In this document: positions 5,844 through 15,108 of the stretch, one piece after another
Layout of the letters: every line of letters begins with the position of its first letter
Numbering within the stretch: position 1 is the first letter of the stretch
Virus record (IMG/VR): IMGVR_UViG_3300035158_000372
Span: 1 to 24,667 of that record
DNA: 24,667 nt
Source: a virus
Lineage: Duplodnaviria > Caudoviricetes
Reading direction: 5' to 3' (one strand)
The notes under the pieces: generated by a model
Databases searched by the model: none
Told to the model about the DNA's origin: nothing
The model's input: only the letters and a program-made list of their open reading frames with translations
Translations under genes and position numbers: made by a program

Positions 5844-6581
5844 ATGTTGTATGACAACACCAACCTGATCCGGCGAGTTCGGTTCGATGCCGACGCCGGT
5901 GCAGCTGGCGGAGAGCCGGACGGCAATACGGGCAATAATGGGAGCGCCCCCGAGACTCCCAAATGGATGGCACAGCTGAGTGATGAAGATAAAGGTAACG
6001 AGATCTTCGCGCAATACCAAACTCTTCCAGAGTTTGCAGATGCCTTTAAGGAGTTGAAAACCAAGGTAGACAGTAAGTCTGCGCCCGAAAACGTGGATGC
6101 TTACGAGTTGGAACTACCGGACAATCTGCCCGAAGAGTACAAGGCAGATGAGGCTACGGCCAAGGCTTTTCGTGAGTTTGCCAAAGAGCATGACCTTACT
6201 AAGGCCCAGGCCAAGGAAGCCTACAAATGGTTCAACCAGCTGATCATCGATCAATTCAACGATGTCCAAAAGGCTGCGGATCAGCACCGCAAGGAACGCC
6301 TGGGGCAGCTCAAGAAAGATTGGGGAGATGAGTTTAACGCCAAGTACGAGCTGATGAAACGCTCGATCCTGACGTTCGGGACCCCCGAGCTGCTGGAGTA
6401 CCTGGATTCTTCTGGGTTGGGCAATAATGCAGCGCTGATCGAGGCTTTTGTGAAGATTGGTGAGGCAATCGGTGAAGATCAGCTCGAACCAGGCCGGACA
6501 AGCGGAGAAGATTCTGGCCAGTACGCCATGCTGAGTCGCATGTATCCGTCCATGCAAGATCTTCCCGAACGTAGGGCATAG
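5844..6581 (+). CDS. Capsid scaffolding/assembly protein
   Basis: Acidic, helical; Gly/Pro-rich N-terminus; motifs APENVDAYEL, LTKAQA, LKKDWG, GLGNN...KIGEAIGED; position between portal and capsid. Confidence 0.85.
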   Translation: MLYDNTNLIRRVRFDADAGAAGGEPDGNTGNNGSAPETPKWMAQLSDEDKGNEIFAQYQTLPEFADAFKELKTKVDSKSAPENVDAYELELPDNLPEEYKADEATAKAFREFAKEHDLTKAQAKEAYKWFNQLIIDQFNDVQKAADQHRKERLGQLKKDWGDEFNAKYELMKRSILTFGTPELLEYLDSSGLGNNAALIEAFVKIGEAIGEDQLEPGRTSGEDSGQYAMLSRMYPSMQDLPERRA

Positions 6582-6583
6582 TC

Positions 6584-7237
6584 GTGAAAATTATCTTCTG
6601 TTTACCCGGGAAGTCGTTCACCCAGGGCTTTATGCAGAGCTGGAGCAAAACCCAGGTTGATTTTATTCAGCGTGGTATCAGTTTTGCGGTGTCCTGGGGC
6701 TATCAGTCCAGTGTGTTTCACTGCCGCAACGATCTTGTGTCCATGAATACGAATCCAGAGCTGCCAGAAACCAAATTGCAGCCGTTCGAGGGACAGGACC
6801 ATGACTTTGTAATGTGGATTGACAGTGACACTGTCTGGGAACCGGACGATATTCATCGGTTGATTGCAGCGGATAAGGACATCATCAGTGGTTTGGTGCC
6901 TGTTTCGCCAGAACGATTGGCGATAGGGTTGTTCAACAATTTTGATCCGACGCTGTGGTTCAAGCCAGACGCCATTAATGGGTGGCCCCGGAACGAGGAA
7001 GGCCTCCTGGAGGTTGACTTCGCCGGGTTTGCATTCATGTTAGTTCGCCAGGGGGTGTTCGAGTCCATGGATTACCCGTGGTTCGTGCCCCGAGTGCGTA
7101 ACCTGGAGAACGGACGTATCCTATTTCCATCCGAGGACTTTGGATGGTGCTTACGTGCTTCCGAATTGGGATGGAAGATCTACGCACATCCAGATGTGAA
7201 ATTATCACACCAAAAAGAAATGACAATGGGGCCGTAG
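6584..7237 (+). CDS. GT-A fold (GT2-like) glycosyltransferase
   Basis: CRN, DxD motif WIDSD, AGFAFMLV..GVFE, SED catalytic-base motif and terminal H (LSHQK); GTG start 2 nt after the scaffold stop. Confidence 0.85.
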   Translation: MKIIFCLPGKSFTQGFMQSWSKTQVDFIQRGISFAVSWGYQSSVFHCRNDLVSMNTNPELPETKLQPFEGQDHDFVMWIDSDTVWEPDDIHRLIAADKDIISGLVPVSPERLAIGLFNNFDPTLWFKPDAINGWPRNEEGLLEVDFAGFAFMLVRQGVFESMDYPWFVPRVRNLENGRILFPSEDFGWCLRASELGWKIYAHPDVKLSHQKEMTMGP

Positions 7238-7442
7238 GCGCGTTGCGCTGTTAGCCCCAAGCTACCCGAACCAGTTCGTAGTAGCGAACCTCCGGGTTTC
7301 AACGAACGTAACCTTTGACCAAAGAGGCTGGTATATATACCGGCCTCTTTGATTTATGGGACAAGATCCGCGACACCCTATGGGAGTGAAGTAGCTGTGA
7401 AAGGGGAGCTGCCCAAAGACCAATTCTCAAAAGGAGAAAACT
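7238..7442 (+). promoter_or_regulatory. Structured 205-nt leader of the major capsid gene, including a 14-bp hairpin (7320-7351)
   Basis: CAAAGAGGCTGGTA-TATA-TACCGGCCTCTTTG; AGCTAC 7260-7265/GTAGCT 7391-7396; CCCC 7255-7258/GGGG 7403-7406; GTTCG/CGAAC hairpin 7274-7289; AAGGAG at 7431-7436. Confidence 0.55.
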
Positions 7443-8408
7443 ATGGCTTTGAAGGATCAGCTCACTCTTGTCGAGCTGGCAAAGAGGACAAATAACAAGC
7501 AGATGCTGGACATCGCGGAAGTCCTCGACAAAAAGGTGCCGATGCTTCGTGACGCTGTGTGGCTTGAGGCCAACCAGCTGACCGGACACGTCATCAACCG
7601 CCGGACATACCTGCCCACTGGAACTTTCCGTGGGGTCAACGAGGGTGTTCCGAAGTCCGCATCACAGACCAAGCAGATTACCGAGCCTATCGGTCGCTTG
7701 GAAGACCGTTCCGAGGTAGACGAGTACCTCATTGACTTGGCACCGAACCCGAAAGAGTTCCGGTATGACGAAGACATTGCGCACGTGGAAGGATTGGCCC
7801 AGACGATGGGCGACGCCATCCTGTACGCAGCTTTGGCTACTGACCCCTTGAAGTTCGACGGGATCCAGACCCGGTATGACGCCCTATCTCTTGCTAACGT
7901 GTGGGATAATGGCGATGCAAGCTCCGGTGCGGTGACCTCCGCGTACCTCATTCAGTGGGGAAAGCGCAAGGCACACTTCGTGTATCCGCGAAACTTGATG
8001 AATGAGTTCATCAGGATGGTTGACAAAGGTCAACAGCTCGTGGAGGACGGAATCACGGCCGGAAACAAGTTTTGGGCTTACGTGACTCAGTTCGTATTCA
8101 ACATGGGAATCTCGGTGTGGGACGACCGTTGCATCCAAAGGATTGCCAACATCGGACCCGGCACTGCCAACAACTTCGACATCGATCTGGGAATCAAAGC
8201 CTTGAACGAGATGCCAGACGAGGGTGACGGGGCTGTGTTGTACGTCAACACAACGGTCAAGTCTCAAATAGAGATTGCGGCCAAGAACGCGGCAGATCCT
8301 ATTCTGCGGTGGACCAAGGTCGATGGCGTCGGTGACGTTTTGATGTTCAAAAATGCCCCCGTGCGGGTGCATGAGAAGATCAAGAACACCGAAAGCGTCG
8401 TAAGCTAA
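7443..8408 (+). CDS. Major capsid protein (BPP-1 Bbp17/epsilon15 gp7-like HK97 fold)
   Basis: 321 aa; LTLVELAKR, IAEVL, EAN..TGH...RRT.LP.GTFR..NEGV, FDGI..RY, IQRIANI, NTE.VV C-terminus; strong RBS. Confidence 0.92.
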   Translation: MALKDQLTLVELAKRTNNKQMLDIAEVLDKKVPMLRDAVWLEANQLTGHVINRRTYLPTGTFRGVNEGVPKSASQTKQITEPIGRLEDRSEVDEYLIDLAPNPKEFRYDEDIAHVEGLAQTMGDAILYAALATDPLKFDGIQTRYDALSLANVWDNGDASSGAVTSAYLIQWGKRKAHFVYPRNLMNEFIRMVDKGQQLVEDGITAGNKFWAYVTQFVFNMGISVWDDRCIQRIANIGPGTANNFDIDLGIKALNEMPDEGDGAVLYVNTTVKSQIEIAAKNAADPILRWTKVDGVGDVLMFKNAPVRVHEKIKNTESVVS

Positions 8409-8419
8409 GGAGGTGCCGT

Positions 8420-8803
8420 ATGATTCTCGACGTTAAAAACCAGTTCTGCGCACTGACAGAGTGCACCAACTCGAAGAGCCTGGGCGCGCTGGATCTCGGC
8501 TCAATTGCCGAGGCCGGCAAAGGGTCTCCCCTATACGTCCACGTGTTCTCGGACGGGGGGTTCTCAACTGGTTCCGAGGTATTCTCGATCTACATCAAGA
8601 CCGGATCTACCTCACCTGGCGACAACCAGGAACTGGCGATTGGGCCTTTCTCGGCGGCCGAAGCCTCACTGGCTGGCCGTGTGGGAGTTGCGGCCCTGCC
8701 CGCCAAGAACCTGGAGCAGTACATTTCCGCGTACTTCTACGCTAAGACTGCCTTGACCGCCGGTGGAAAGCTGCGCGTGGAGCTTGCTCCGCACGACGGC
8801 TAA
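8420..8803 (+). CDS. Capsid cement/decoration protein (Bbp16-like)
   Basis: MILD...F start, LDLG...G.G.PLYV, LP....QY pattern; beta-rich 127 aa directly after the capsid gene; AAGGAGGT RBS. Confidence 0.8.
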   Translation: MILDVKNQFCALTECTNSKSLGALDLGSIAEAGKGSPLYVHVFSDGGFSTGSEVFSIYIKTGSTSPGDNQELAIGPFSAAEASLAGRVGVAALPAKNLEQYISAYFYAKTALTAGGKLRVELAPHDG

Positions 8804-8822
8804 GAAGTCGCGCAAGAACACC

Positions 8823-8856
8823 AAGCCCCCGGGGATCTCCCCGGGGGCTTTCTTTT
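8823..8856 (+). terminator. Intrinsic terminator after the capsid/cement genes
   Basis: AAGCCCCCGGGGA-TC-TCCCCGGGGGCTT followed by TCTTTT. Confidence 0.9.
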
Positions 8857-8867
8857 GGAGGTAAACG

Positions 8868-9446
8868 GTGACCTATACCGATGTTTCTATTTGCAATTTA
8901 GCCCTTTCTAAACTTGGCGAACAAACCTTGACCGATCTTGACGGTACGGACAAGGCAACCGATCTGTGTAACTTGTATTATAACCATGTCTTGAACACGG
9001 TCTTTTCTCTCCACGACTGGAGTGAAATTATCGTGCGTTCAGACGAACTTTCCGCAGAGGCCTCTGCACCCAATTCCGGATATTCCTACCAGTTTACCCT
9101 ACCCACAGATTGCCTCTATGTCTTGGAGGTGGTGGATTGGAATTACCCGTATCGCATTGAAGCTGGCAAACTACTCATGGACACGGAGAAGTGTTACATC
9201 CGTTACATCAAAGAGGAAGATACGGAGTCGGCTTTCAGTAAAGCAGCCCTTTTGGTCGAAGCCATAGCCTCACGCCTGGCCGCGGTTTTGGCTATTCCCC
9301 TGGCCAAAGGTATTCAGCTCAAGACTCTCATGGATCAAGACTTCGCAGGTGCACTGTTGTTGGCTCGTCAGCACGATGCCCGTTACCGGCAGGAGGAAGA
9401 CTCTGGGTCTGACCTTTGGGTCGATGCCCTGGAGAATGATGCGTAA
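8868..9446 (+). CDS. Tail adaptor (tail tubular protein A, T7 gp11-like)
   Basis: VSICNLALSKLGE, HDW, YQFTLPTDCL motifs; 192 aa; GGAGGT RBS, GTG start. Confidence 0.87.
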   Translation: MTYTDVSICNLALSKLGEQTLTDLDGTDKATDLCNLYYNHVLNTVFSLHDWSEIIVRSDELSAEASAPNSGYSYQFTLPTDCLYVLEVVDWNYPYRIEAGKLLMDTEKCYIRYIKEEDTESAFSKAALLVEAIASRLAAVLAIPLAKGIQLKTLMDQDFAGALLLARQHDARYRQEEDSGSDLWVDALENDA

Positions 9447-12406
9447 TGAAGGCCGAACCTTTCTTCAACAACTTTACCGGGGGCGAAATCTCTGAGCGTT
9501 TTGCCGGTCGCGTGGATACCCCAGACTACCTGCGGACCGTTCGCACGATGGAGAACCTTATCATACACCCGTCTGGGGGAGTCGATCGCCGGCCCGGTAC
9601 GGTTTATTGCGGTGAGGCCAAGATTCCCAATGGTAATGTGCGATTGATTCCGTTTGTCGCCTCGGCTGGACAGGCGTACATTCTGGAACTGACAGGATCC
9701 CTGCTTCGCATCTGGCAGGACGGTTCTCTGGTGCAGGACGGGGGTTCCCCCCTGGAGATCACAACACCATGGGATGCCGGTTATTTGTACGAGTTGAAAT
9801 ATGCCCAGTCTGGGAACGCGATGTACTTTGTACATCCGGAATATCAGGTGCGGAAGTTGCTCCTTGGCGAGGGTGCGTGGACCCTCACAGAGGCCTTCAC
9901 TTCGAGTTATTGGGCCGCCTCTCATTGCGCAATAGCGGGTACGCATGTGATGTTTTACGGGCAAGAAGGAGATGTTTGTGCCAAGTTGCCCGATCCAGAC
10001 ACCATGCCCGGGGCTGGCCCGCAGGATGAATGCCGATGGTCGCGTAGTGGACTTTACTGGGCGCAGCCTGAATACGACGATGGGGGCGGCCCGTTCCATA
10101 TCTACAAGCAAGTAGACGGGGAGTTTCAACACCTGTCCAATCCCCTGGATACAAATCCAACGGGAAACGTGCTGGACGTCTCGTGGTCTCCCGGAGACAA
10201 ATATTTGGCAGTCACGGATCCATCAGCGGATATTGTGCGTATCTATGAACGATCTGGTGATTCCTTCACCCAGGTGACCACTATTGATACGAGTGCCATC
10301 GGGGGAGGATATCATGTGTCTTACTCTCCTGACGGCAACTACCTGGCTTGTGGTGGCGATGACGGGAATTATTTGGAGATTTACAGTGTAAGTGGGACGA
10401 CTTACACCAAGGAAGAGGACCCAGCCACCCTGCCACCGAACACAGTATTGGATATTTGTTGGTCTCCAGACAGTCTTCACCTCGTTGTGGGCCACCTGGA
10501 CTCGCCTTACATGACGATTTATCGCAAATTGACTGGGAGCTTTGTGAAGCTCCTCGATCCGGCAACCCTACCATCTGGTCCCTGCAGGGCGGTGGGTTAT
10601 GCACCCAACAACACTTACCTGGCAGTGGGTGGTGGCGGGCCATTTCTCTACATCTATAAGCGTGTCGGTGCAACCTATACCAAGCTGGCAGATCCGGCGA
10701 CATTGCCAGATGACTCTCCCTATTATCTTAATTCGCTGGGATGGAGTTCAGATAGCGTGTACCTGGGAACAGATGGTTGGGCTACGTATGGTGTGGGTTG
10801 GTACAAGCGTTCCGGTGATACTTTCACCAAGCTTTCCAATCCGGATGTATATCCAGGTGATAATAACGCGGTATCGGCTTTTCATGCCTCCCCGAATGAA
10901 TGGCACAACATTCCATGGGACGAGGACACTTACCCAGCGGCGATAGCTTTCCACGAACAAAGGCTGATCCTGGCCCGCGGTTTAACCGTGTGGGGTTCTC
11001 GATCGGGTGATCCACAGGATTTCATGCAAGATGCCTCTGATGCAAGTGCTGGATTCGCATATACCTTCGCCTCGGATCTGATTGGCGAATCTATTCGCTG
11101 GATGGTTACCAAGCAACACAACATTATTCTGGGCACAACCATGGGTGAGTGGCTGATGACCGGTGGTAATGCCCCGATTTCGAACTCGAACGTATATGTT
11201 GAGCGAGCCTCAGCGTTTGGTAGTGCAAATATTCAGGGTATCGCCGCGAACGAGTCCATCCTTTATGCGCAAAAGGGTGCTCAGATATTGCGCGAGTTTT
11301 TGTACAGCGAGGAACGGGGTGGCTATCTTTCACCCAATCTCACCTATCTGGCGGACCATATTGGCAAGGAGGGGTTTGTCGAGTTTGCGTGGCAACGGAC
11401 GCCACGACCGGTGTTGTGGGCGGTCCGTTCCAACGGGGAGTTGGCTGCCCTGACGTATGACAGGAATCATGGTATTCAGGCTTGGCATCGCCATCCATTT
11501 ACCGATGGGCAGGTAATCAGCGTGGCCGTAATTCCCGGTAGCACAGAGGATGTTGTGTACTTGGTGGTGAAGAGGGTGATCGATGGAACCAATACTCAGT
11601 ATGTAGAATATATAAAACCCCTGGATTGGGGTGATGATCAGCGAGATTGTTTTCTGGTCGATAGCGGTCAAACCACCGATCTTACCTACGATTATTCAAC
11701 CTATATTACTGGCGCCACAAAGGCCGAGCCAGTGGTTGTTACTGCTCCCTCTCATCCGTTCCAGAATGACGACATCATCCGTATTTGGGATGTGGAGGGG
11801 ATGACCGAGTTGAACAACAAGGCTTATATGGTCAAAAACAAAGCCCTCAACACATTTGAGCTATACGAGACCGATGGTACAACCCCGGTGGATGGCACGG
11901 GATATAGCACCTATGAATCTGGTGGCATCTATGCTAAGGCGACGCGCACGATTACCGGGCTTGCGCACCTGGAGGGCGAAAAACTGGATGTATTTGCGGA
12001 TGGGGCATGGGTTGATATCAGTGACGAACCAGGGGACACGTCCTATACAGTATCCAGTGGAGAGATCACGATAAAAGACTATGCGAGTCTGATTCATGTG
12101 GGGTTGGGGTACACCCCCAAGTTGCAACCGCAGCGGCTCCGAGAGTTGCCGACACACTATAAGCGCATCGATCACGTAACCCTTCGTCTGTACAAGAGCC
12201 TTGGTGGGAAAGTCGGACAAGATGCAAACAGCTTGGACGATATCACATACAAATCAGGGAATCCCCCACCGTTTTTTACGGGTGACAAGGAAGTGCCGTT
12301 TCGTGGTGGTTATAACAAAGATGGTAATATTCTGATCACACAACCATATTGTTTGCCGCTTTCTATTTTGGCTCTCTTCATCGATGCGGACATCACGGAG
12401 ATTTAG
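9446..12406 (+). CDS. Tail nozzle (tail tubular protein B, T7 gp12-like) with inserted propeller and FCCH-like domains
   Basis: NFTGGEIS, N.IIHPSGGVDRRPGT, YP..I.FHEQRL, AWHRH, GLAHLEG motifs; TAATG overlap with the adaptor gene. Confidence 0.9.
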   Translation: MKAEPFFNNFTGGEISERFAGRVDTPDYLRTVRTMENLIIHPSGGVDRRPGTVYCGEAKIPNGNVRLIPFVASAGQAYILELTGSLLRIWQDGSLVQDGGSPLEITTPWDAGYLYELKYAQSGNAMYFVHPEYQVRKLLLGEGAWTLTEAFTSSYWAASHCAIAGTHVMFYGQEGDVCAKLPDPDTMPGAGPQDECRWSRSGLYWAQPEYDDGGGPFHIYKQVDGEFQHLSNPLDTNPTGNVLDVSWSPGDKYLAVTDPSADIVRIYERSGDSFTQVTTIDTSAIGGGYHVSYSPDGNYLACGGDDGNYLEIYSVSGTTYTKEEDPATLPPNTVLDICWSPDSLHLVVGHLDSPYMTIYRKLTGSFVKLLDPATLPSGPCRAVGYAPNNTYLAVGGGGPFLYIYKRVGATYTKLADPATLPDDSPYYLNSLGWSSDSVYLGTDGWATYGVGWYKRSGDTFTKLSNPDVYPGDNNAVSAFHASPNEWHNIPWDEDTYPAAIAFHEQRLILARGLTVWGSRSGDPQDFMQDASDASAGFAYTFASDLIGESIRWMVTKQHNIILGTTMGEWLMTGGNAPISNSNVYVERASAFGSANIQGIAANESILYAQKGAQILREFLYSEERGGYLSPNLTYLADHIGKEGFVEFAWQRTPRPVLWAVRSNGELAALTYDRNHGIQAWHRHPFTDGQVISVAVIPGSTEDVVYLVVKRVIDGTNTQYVEYIKPLDWGDDQRDCFLVDSGQTTDLTYDYSTYITGATKAEPVVVTAPSHPFQNDDIIRIWDVEGMTELNNKAYMVKNKALNTFELYETDGTTPVDGTGYSTYESGGIYAKATRTITGLAHLEGEKLDVFADGAWVDISDEPGDTSYTVSSGEITIKDYASLIHVGLGYTPKLQPQRLRELPTHYKRIDHVTLRLYKSLGGKVGQDANSLDDITYKSGNPPPFFTGDKEVPFRGGYNKDGNILITQPYCLPLSILALFIDADITEI
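9905..10897 (+). repeat. Seven WD40-like protein repeats (about 46-49 aa each) inside the nozzle gene
   Basis: Consensus YLAV...IYKR.G.TFTKL.DPATLP...V.WSPD repeated seven times over aa ~154-484. Confidence 0.85.
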
Positions 12407-12415
12407 GAGGATGAC

Positions 12416-12892
12416 ATGTTTGCGGTGTTAGGAGCAATTGCTGCTGGTGCTGCCGTGATTGGCGGGATTACTCGGGCAATCGGGACCGCCAAAGCAAGCA
12501 AGGCAGCTGAGGAGCAAGCAGAGCAAAACGCGGCTTTTGCTCGCGGAGAGGCCAAGCAATTGGCACGGGCACGCGGAATGGCTGTTGGCGATATTGGTAG
12601 AGCCGTTGGTACCACGGTTGGAAAGATTCGTTCTGTTGCTGGTGCATCTGGAGTAAAAGCGACATCCGGATCTCCTTTGGCGGCGATCAATTTATCGTAT
12701 GCCAATGCGGAGCGTGACAAAGCCCGCGCGCAACTCCAGTACAACATGGAGATTGCTGGAAGGCGCCACGAGGCCAGCCAGTACAGCCAGCAAGCACAGT
12801 CTGAGAAAGATACCCGCTTTTGGCAGGTTAGTTCATCAATTCTCGGTAGTGCCGGGCAGGGCGCCGGTGCCCTGATGCCGGTTTTCGGTTAG
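12416..12892 (+). CDS. Small internal virion/ejection protein (T7 gp14-like)
   Basis: 158 aa, Ala/Gly-rich, hydrophobic N-terminus, ASGV..SGSPL motif; first of three genes after the nozzle; AGGAGG RBS. Confidence 0.78.
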   Translation: MFAVLGAIAAGAAVIGGITRAIGTAKASKAAEEQAEQNAAFARGEAKQLARARGMAVGDIGRAVGTTVGKIRSVAGASGVKATSGSPLAAINLSYANAERDKARAQLQYNMEIAGRRHEASQYSQQAQSEKDTRFWQVSSSILGSAGQGAGALMPVFG

Positions 12893-12900
12893 GAGTTAAT

Positions 12901-15108
12901 ATGCAGTTTCCCATTTATCAGTCACGAGTTGGTCCACCGACCCCTCCGCGTATTCGCGATACCGTCAACCCGGATCGAGAGAAATGGGAGGCGATTGCAC
13001 AGTTTGGGGATATCTTGGGAGATACTGGGACACAATTTCTTGGCAAGGTTGTACAGGCCGAAAAGTCGCGCCAGGTCAACCAGGCAATCACTGCTGCCAA
13101 GCAGCGTTTTGGAAACTGGTATATGGAGCGCGAGACCGACGAAAACTTCTTAACGTTCCTGGATCAGTTTGATGACTTCTCACCGCAGTTACGCGAGGAG
13201 CTGTATGAGAACATGAAGTTCCCGGGTGCTCGCGAGCAATTTGACCAAATGTATGATGCCCTGTCCGGTGAGTATCAACTGCGTACCAAGCAACTCATGC
13301 GTACCAAGAGCATCCAGGCTGGGCAGGGGCAGCTATTCGATGATCTTGAACAAATGGTGCGCGAGATGGATGAAGAGGGTATCCATAGTCGTATCGATTG
13401 GGCGGTCCAAGACGACCTGCTTACACCGGAGGCGGCTGAAAAGTTGCGCTCTCAGACGGTCTCTGCGGTACGTATTGAGCGAGGCCTGACGGAAGGTCGG
13501 GCTATGGGATATGAGGAAGGGATCCGGTACTTTGCTACTCCAGAGGCTGGTACGGAGTTTGGCTTAACCACGGATGAGCGTTTGCGTGTGGCATCTAAGT
13601 TGTCTACTGAGTGGGGGATTTTGCAGCGCCAAAAGAAAGAGGCGGCCGGTGAGGAGTTGTGGGATGCCTTTCTCAAGATTCACGCCGATGATCCAGAGAT
13701 CACAGATCCCGAGCAATTAGATCAATATAACAACCTTGATGCTCCCGCCAAAATCAGGCTTTCGGGAATGATTGAGGCTGTCAATAATCGGCGTATTAAT
13801 GAGGCCCTGGCGCAGCGAGAGCAGTCAATGCGCACAACTTTGTCCGGTCTGTGGACCCGCGTCGCCAACGTGGCTATGGGTAACGAGGATGCAGACCTCG
13901 GTACCGATATCGGGGCGTTTATTGAGTCTTTTCCCGAGTTTGATGATGAGGTTAAGCAGATCACTGATGCTTTTGCCGGCTTGAGTGATGCTCAAGATGC
14001 CTCGGAGCTTCTCCAGTCTCAACTGGATATCGCGATGTCGGCTAAGTACATTTCCCGGGACAGGTCTATGCTTGAAGATATTTACCGTGTTGCCGAGGAA
14101 CACCGTGACGAGGATTGGACTGGCGACTGGGTGGAACACTGGACATTGCGCTATGAGAAAATGCTCAAAGAAATGGAGCGGGATGTCGAGCGCCAGGAAG
14201 AACTTGATGTTTGGGAGCGCACCGATGGATTCTACACGAGGATGTATTTGTCCAAGCTCGTGGATCCGGACGAAACCGTTGAAACAGTGCGCGACTGGTT
14301 GAATAAAAACCATGGTCCCGATGGAGAGAATAACCCACGTATTGGGAATGACGAATGGAAGAAATGGTATCAAGAGGTGGAACGGTGGAAAGAGGATCCT
14401 CCCCATATCCGTGCTGCCTTGTCTGGATTGGCCGCTAAGTACGATGAGCTGATTCGCCAGGCAGAAGATGAGGATGAGCGCCAGAAGTGGACCGAGGAAA
14501 AAGAGAATGTGCTCTATGCTTTCCGACAGGAGGCTACAGAAAAGCAGATGGGTGCCCAGGAGCTGGAAGCGGCAAAACAAAACCTATCTGCACCCCTCGA
14601 AGAAGTTACTACCGACAAGACCGCCGTGCGGATCTTGCGGGGGATCGGGATTCGCCGAGCTGGTCAAAACCCAGAAGAGCTATATGTCAAGTGGGCTGAG
14701 GCTGGACGATTGGATGACTACGGTCGCCTGGTGGGTGTCTCGGAATCTGAGATGCTTAATGCACTGGGCTTGGACGATCTGTCTCAGCTTGATTTTAGCC
14801 AGAGTGGTTATTTCCAGAAATTGGGCAATCGCTTGCGCGAGGCGGGTGTGGATATGGAGCGTGTCTTGAGCGCACCGCGTGATCCGGAAATCGACCTTTG
14901 GGAAATCGCTGCCGGTCTGGAGCCCCATGAAGTTTTAATGCACGACAAAGAAACAGACGAATACTGGATCTTTAACCGCAAGAGCGGTATGCGCTATCGC
15001 CCGGACGAGAAGTCGCGGCCGGTGAATGTCCCCACTGAGCCGGTTTATGAGGCGCAAGAACCTGAGCCCGCATATACCAAACCAGATATACGGAGAGGAC
15101 GGAGATAG
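12901..15108 (+). CDS. Internal virion/ejection protein (gp15 position), acidic and helical
   Basis: 735 aa, MQFPIYQSRV start, helical composition, position between the small and giant internal proteins; AGGAG RBS. Confidence 0.7.
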   Translation: MQFPIYQSRVGPPTPPRIRDTVNPDREKWEAIAQFGDILGDTGTQFLGKVVQAEKSRQVNQAITAAKQRFGNWYMERETDENFLTFLDQFDDFSPQLREELYENMKFPGAREQFDQMYDALSGEYQLRTKQLMRTKSIQAGQGQLFDDLEQMVREMDEEGIHSRIDWAVQDDLLTPEAAEKLRSQTVSAVRIERGLTEGRAMGYEEGIRYFATPEAGTEFGLTTDERLRVASKLSTEWGILQRQKKEAAGEELWDAFLKIHADDPEITDPEQLDQYNNLDAPAKIRLSGMIEAVNNRRINEALAQREQSMRTTLSGLWTRVANVAMGNEDADLGTDIGAFIESFPEFDDEVKQITDAFAGLSDAQDASELLQSQLDIAMSAKYISRDRSMLEDIYRVAEEHRDEDWTGDWVEHWTLRYEKMLKEMERDVERQEELDVWERTDGFYTRMYLSKLVDPDETVETVRDWLNKNHGPDGENNPRIGNDEWKKWYQEVERWKEDPPHIRAALSGLAAKYDELIRQAEDEDERQKWTEEKENVLYAFRQEATEKQMGAQELEAAKQNLSAPLEEVTTDKTAVRILRGIGIRRAGQNPEELYVKWAEAGRLDDYGRLVGVSESEMLNALGLDDLSQLDFSQSGYFQKLGNRLREAGVDMERVLSAPRDPEIDLWEIAAGLEPHEVLMHDKETDEYWIFNRKSGMRYRPDEKSRPVNVPTEPVYEAQEPEPAYTKPDIRRGRR

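Noticed and set aside
13825-14580. 251-aa minus-strand ORF; likewise 9383-10132 and 20860-21633
   Set aside because: Antisense shadows with the Leu/Phe/Ile/His-rich composition expected from reverse-reading acidic genes
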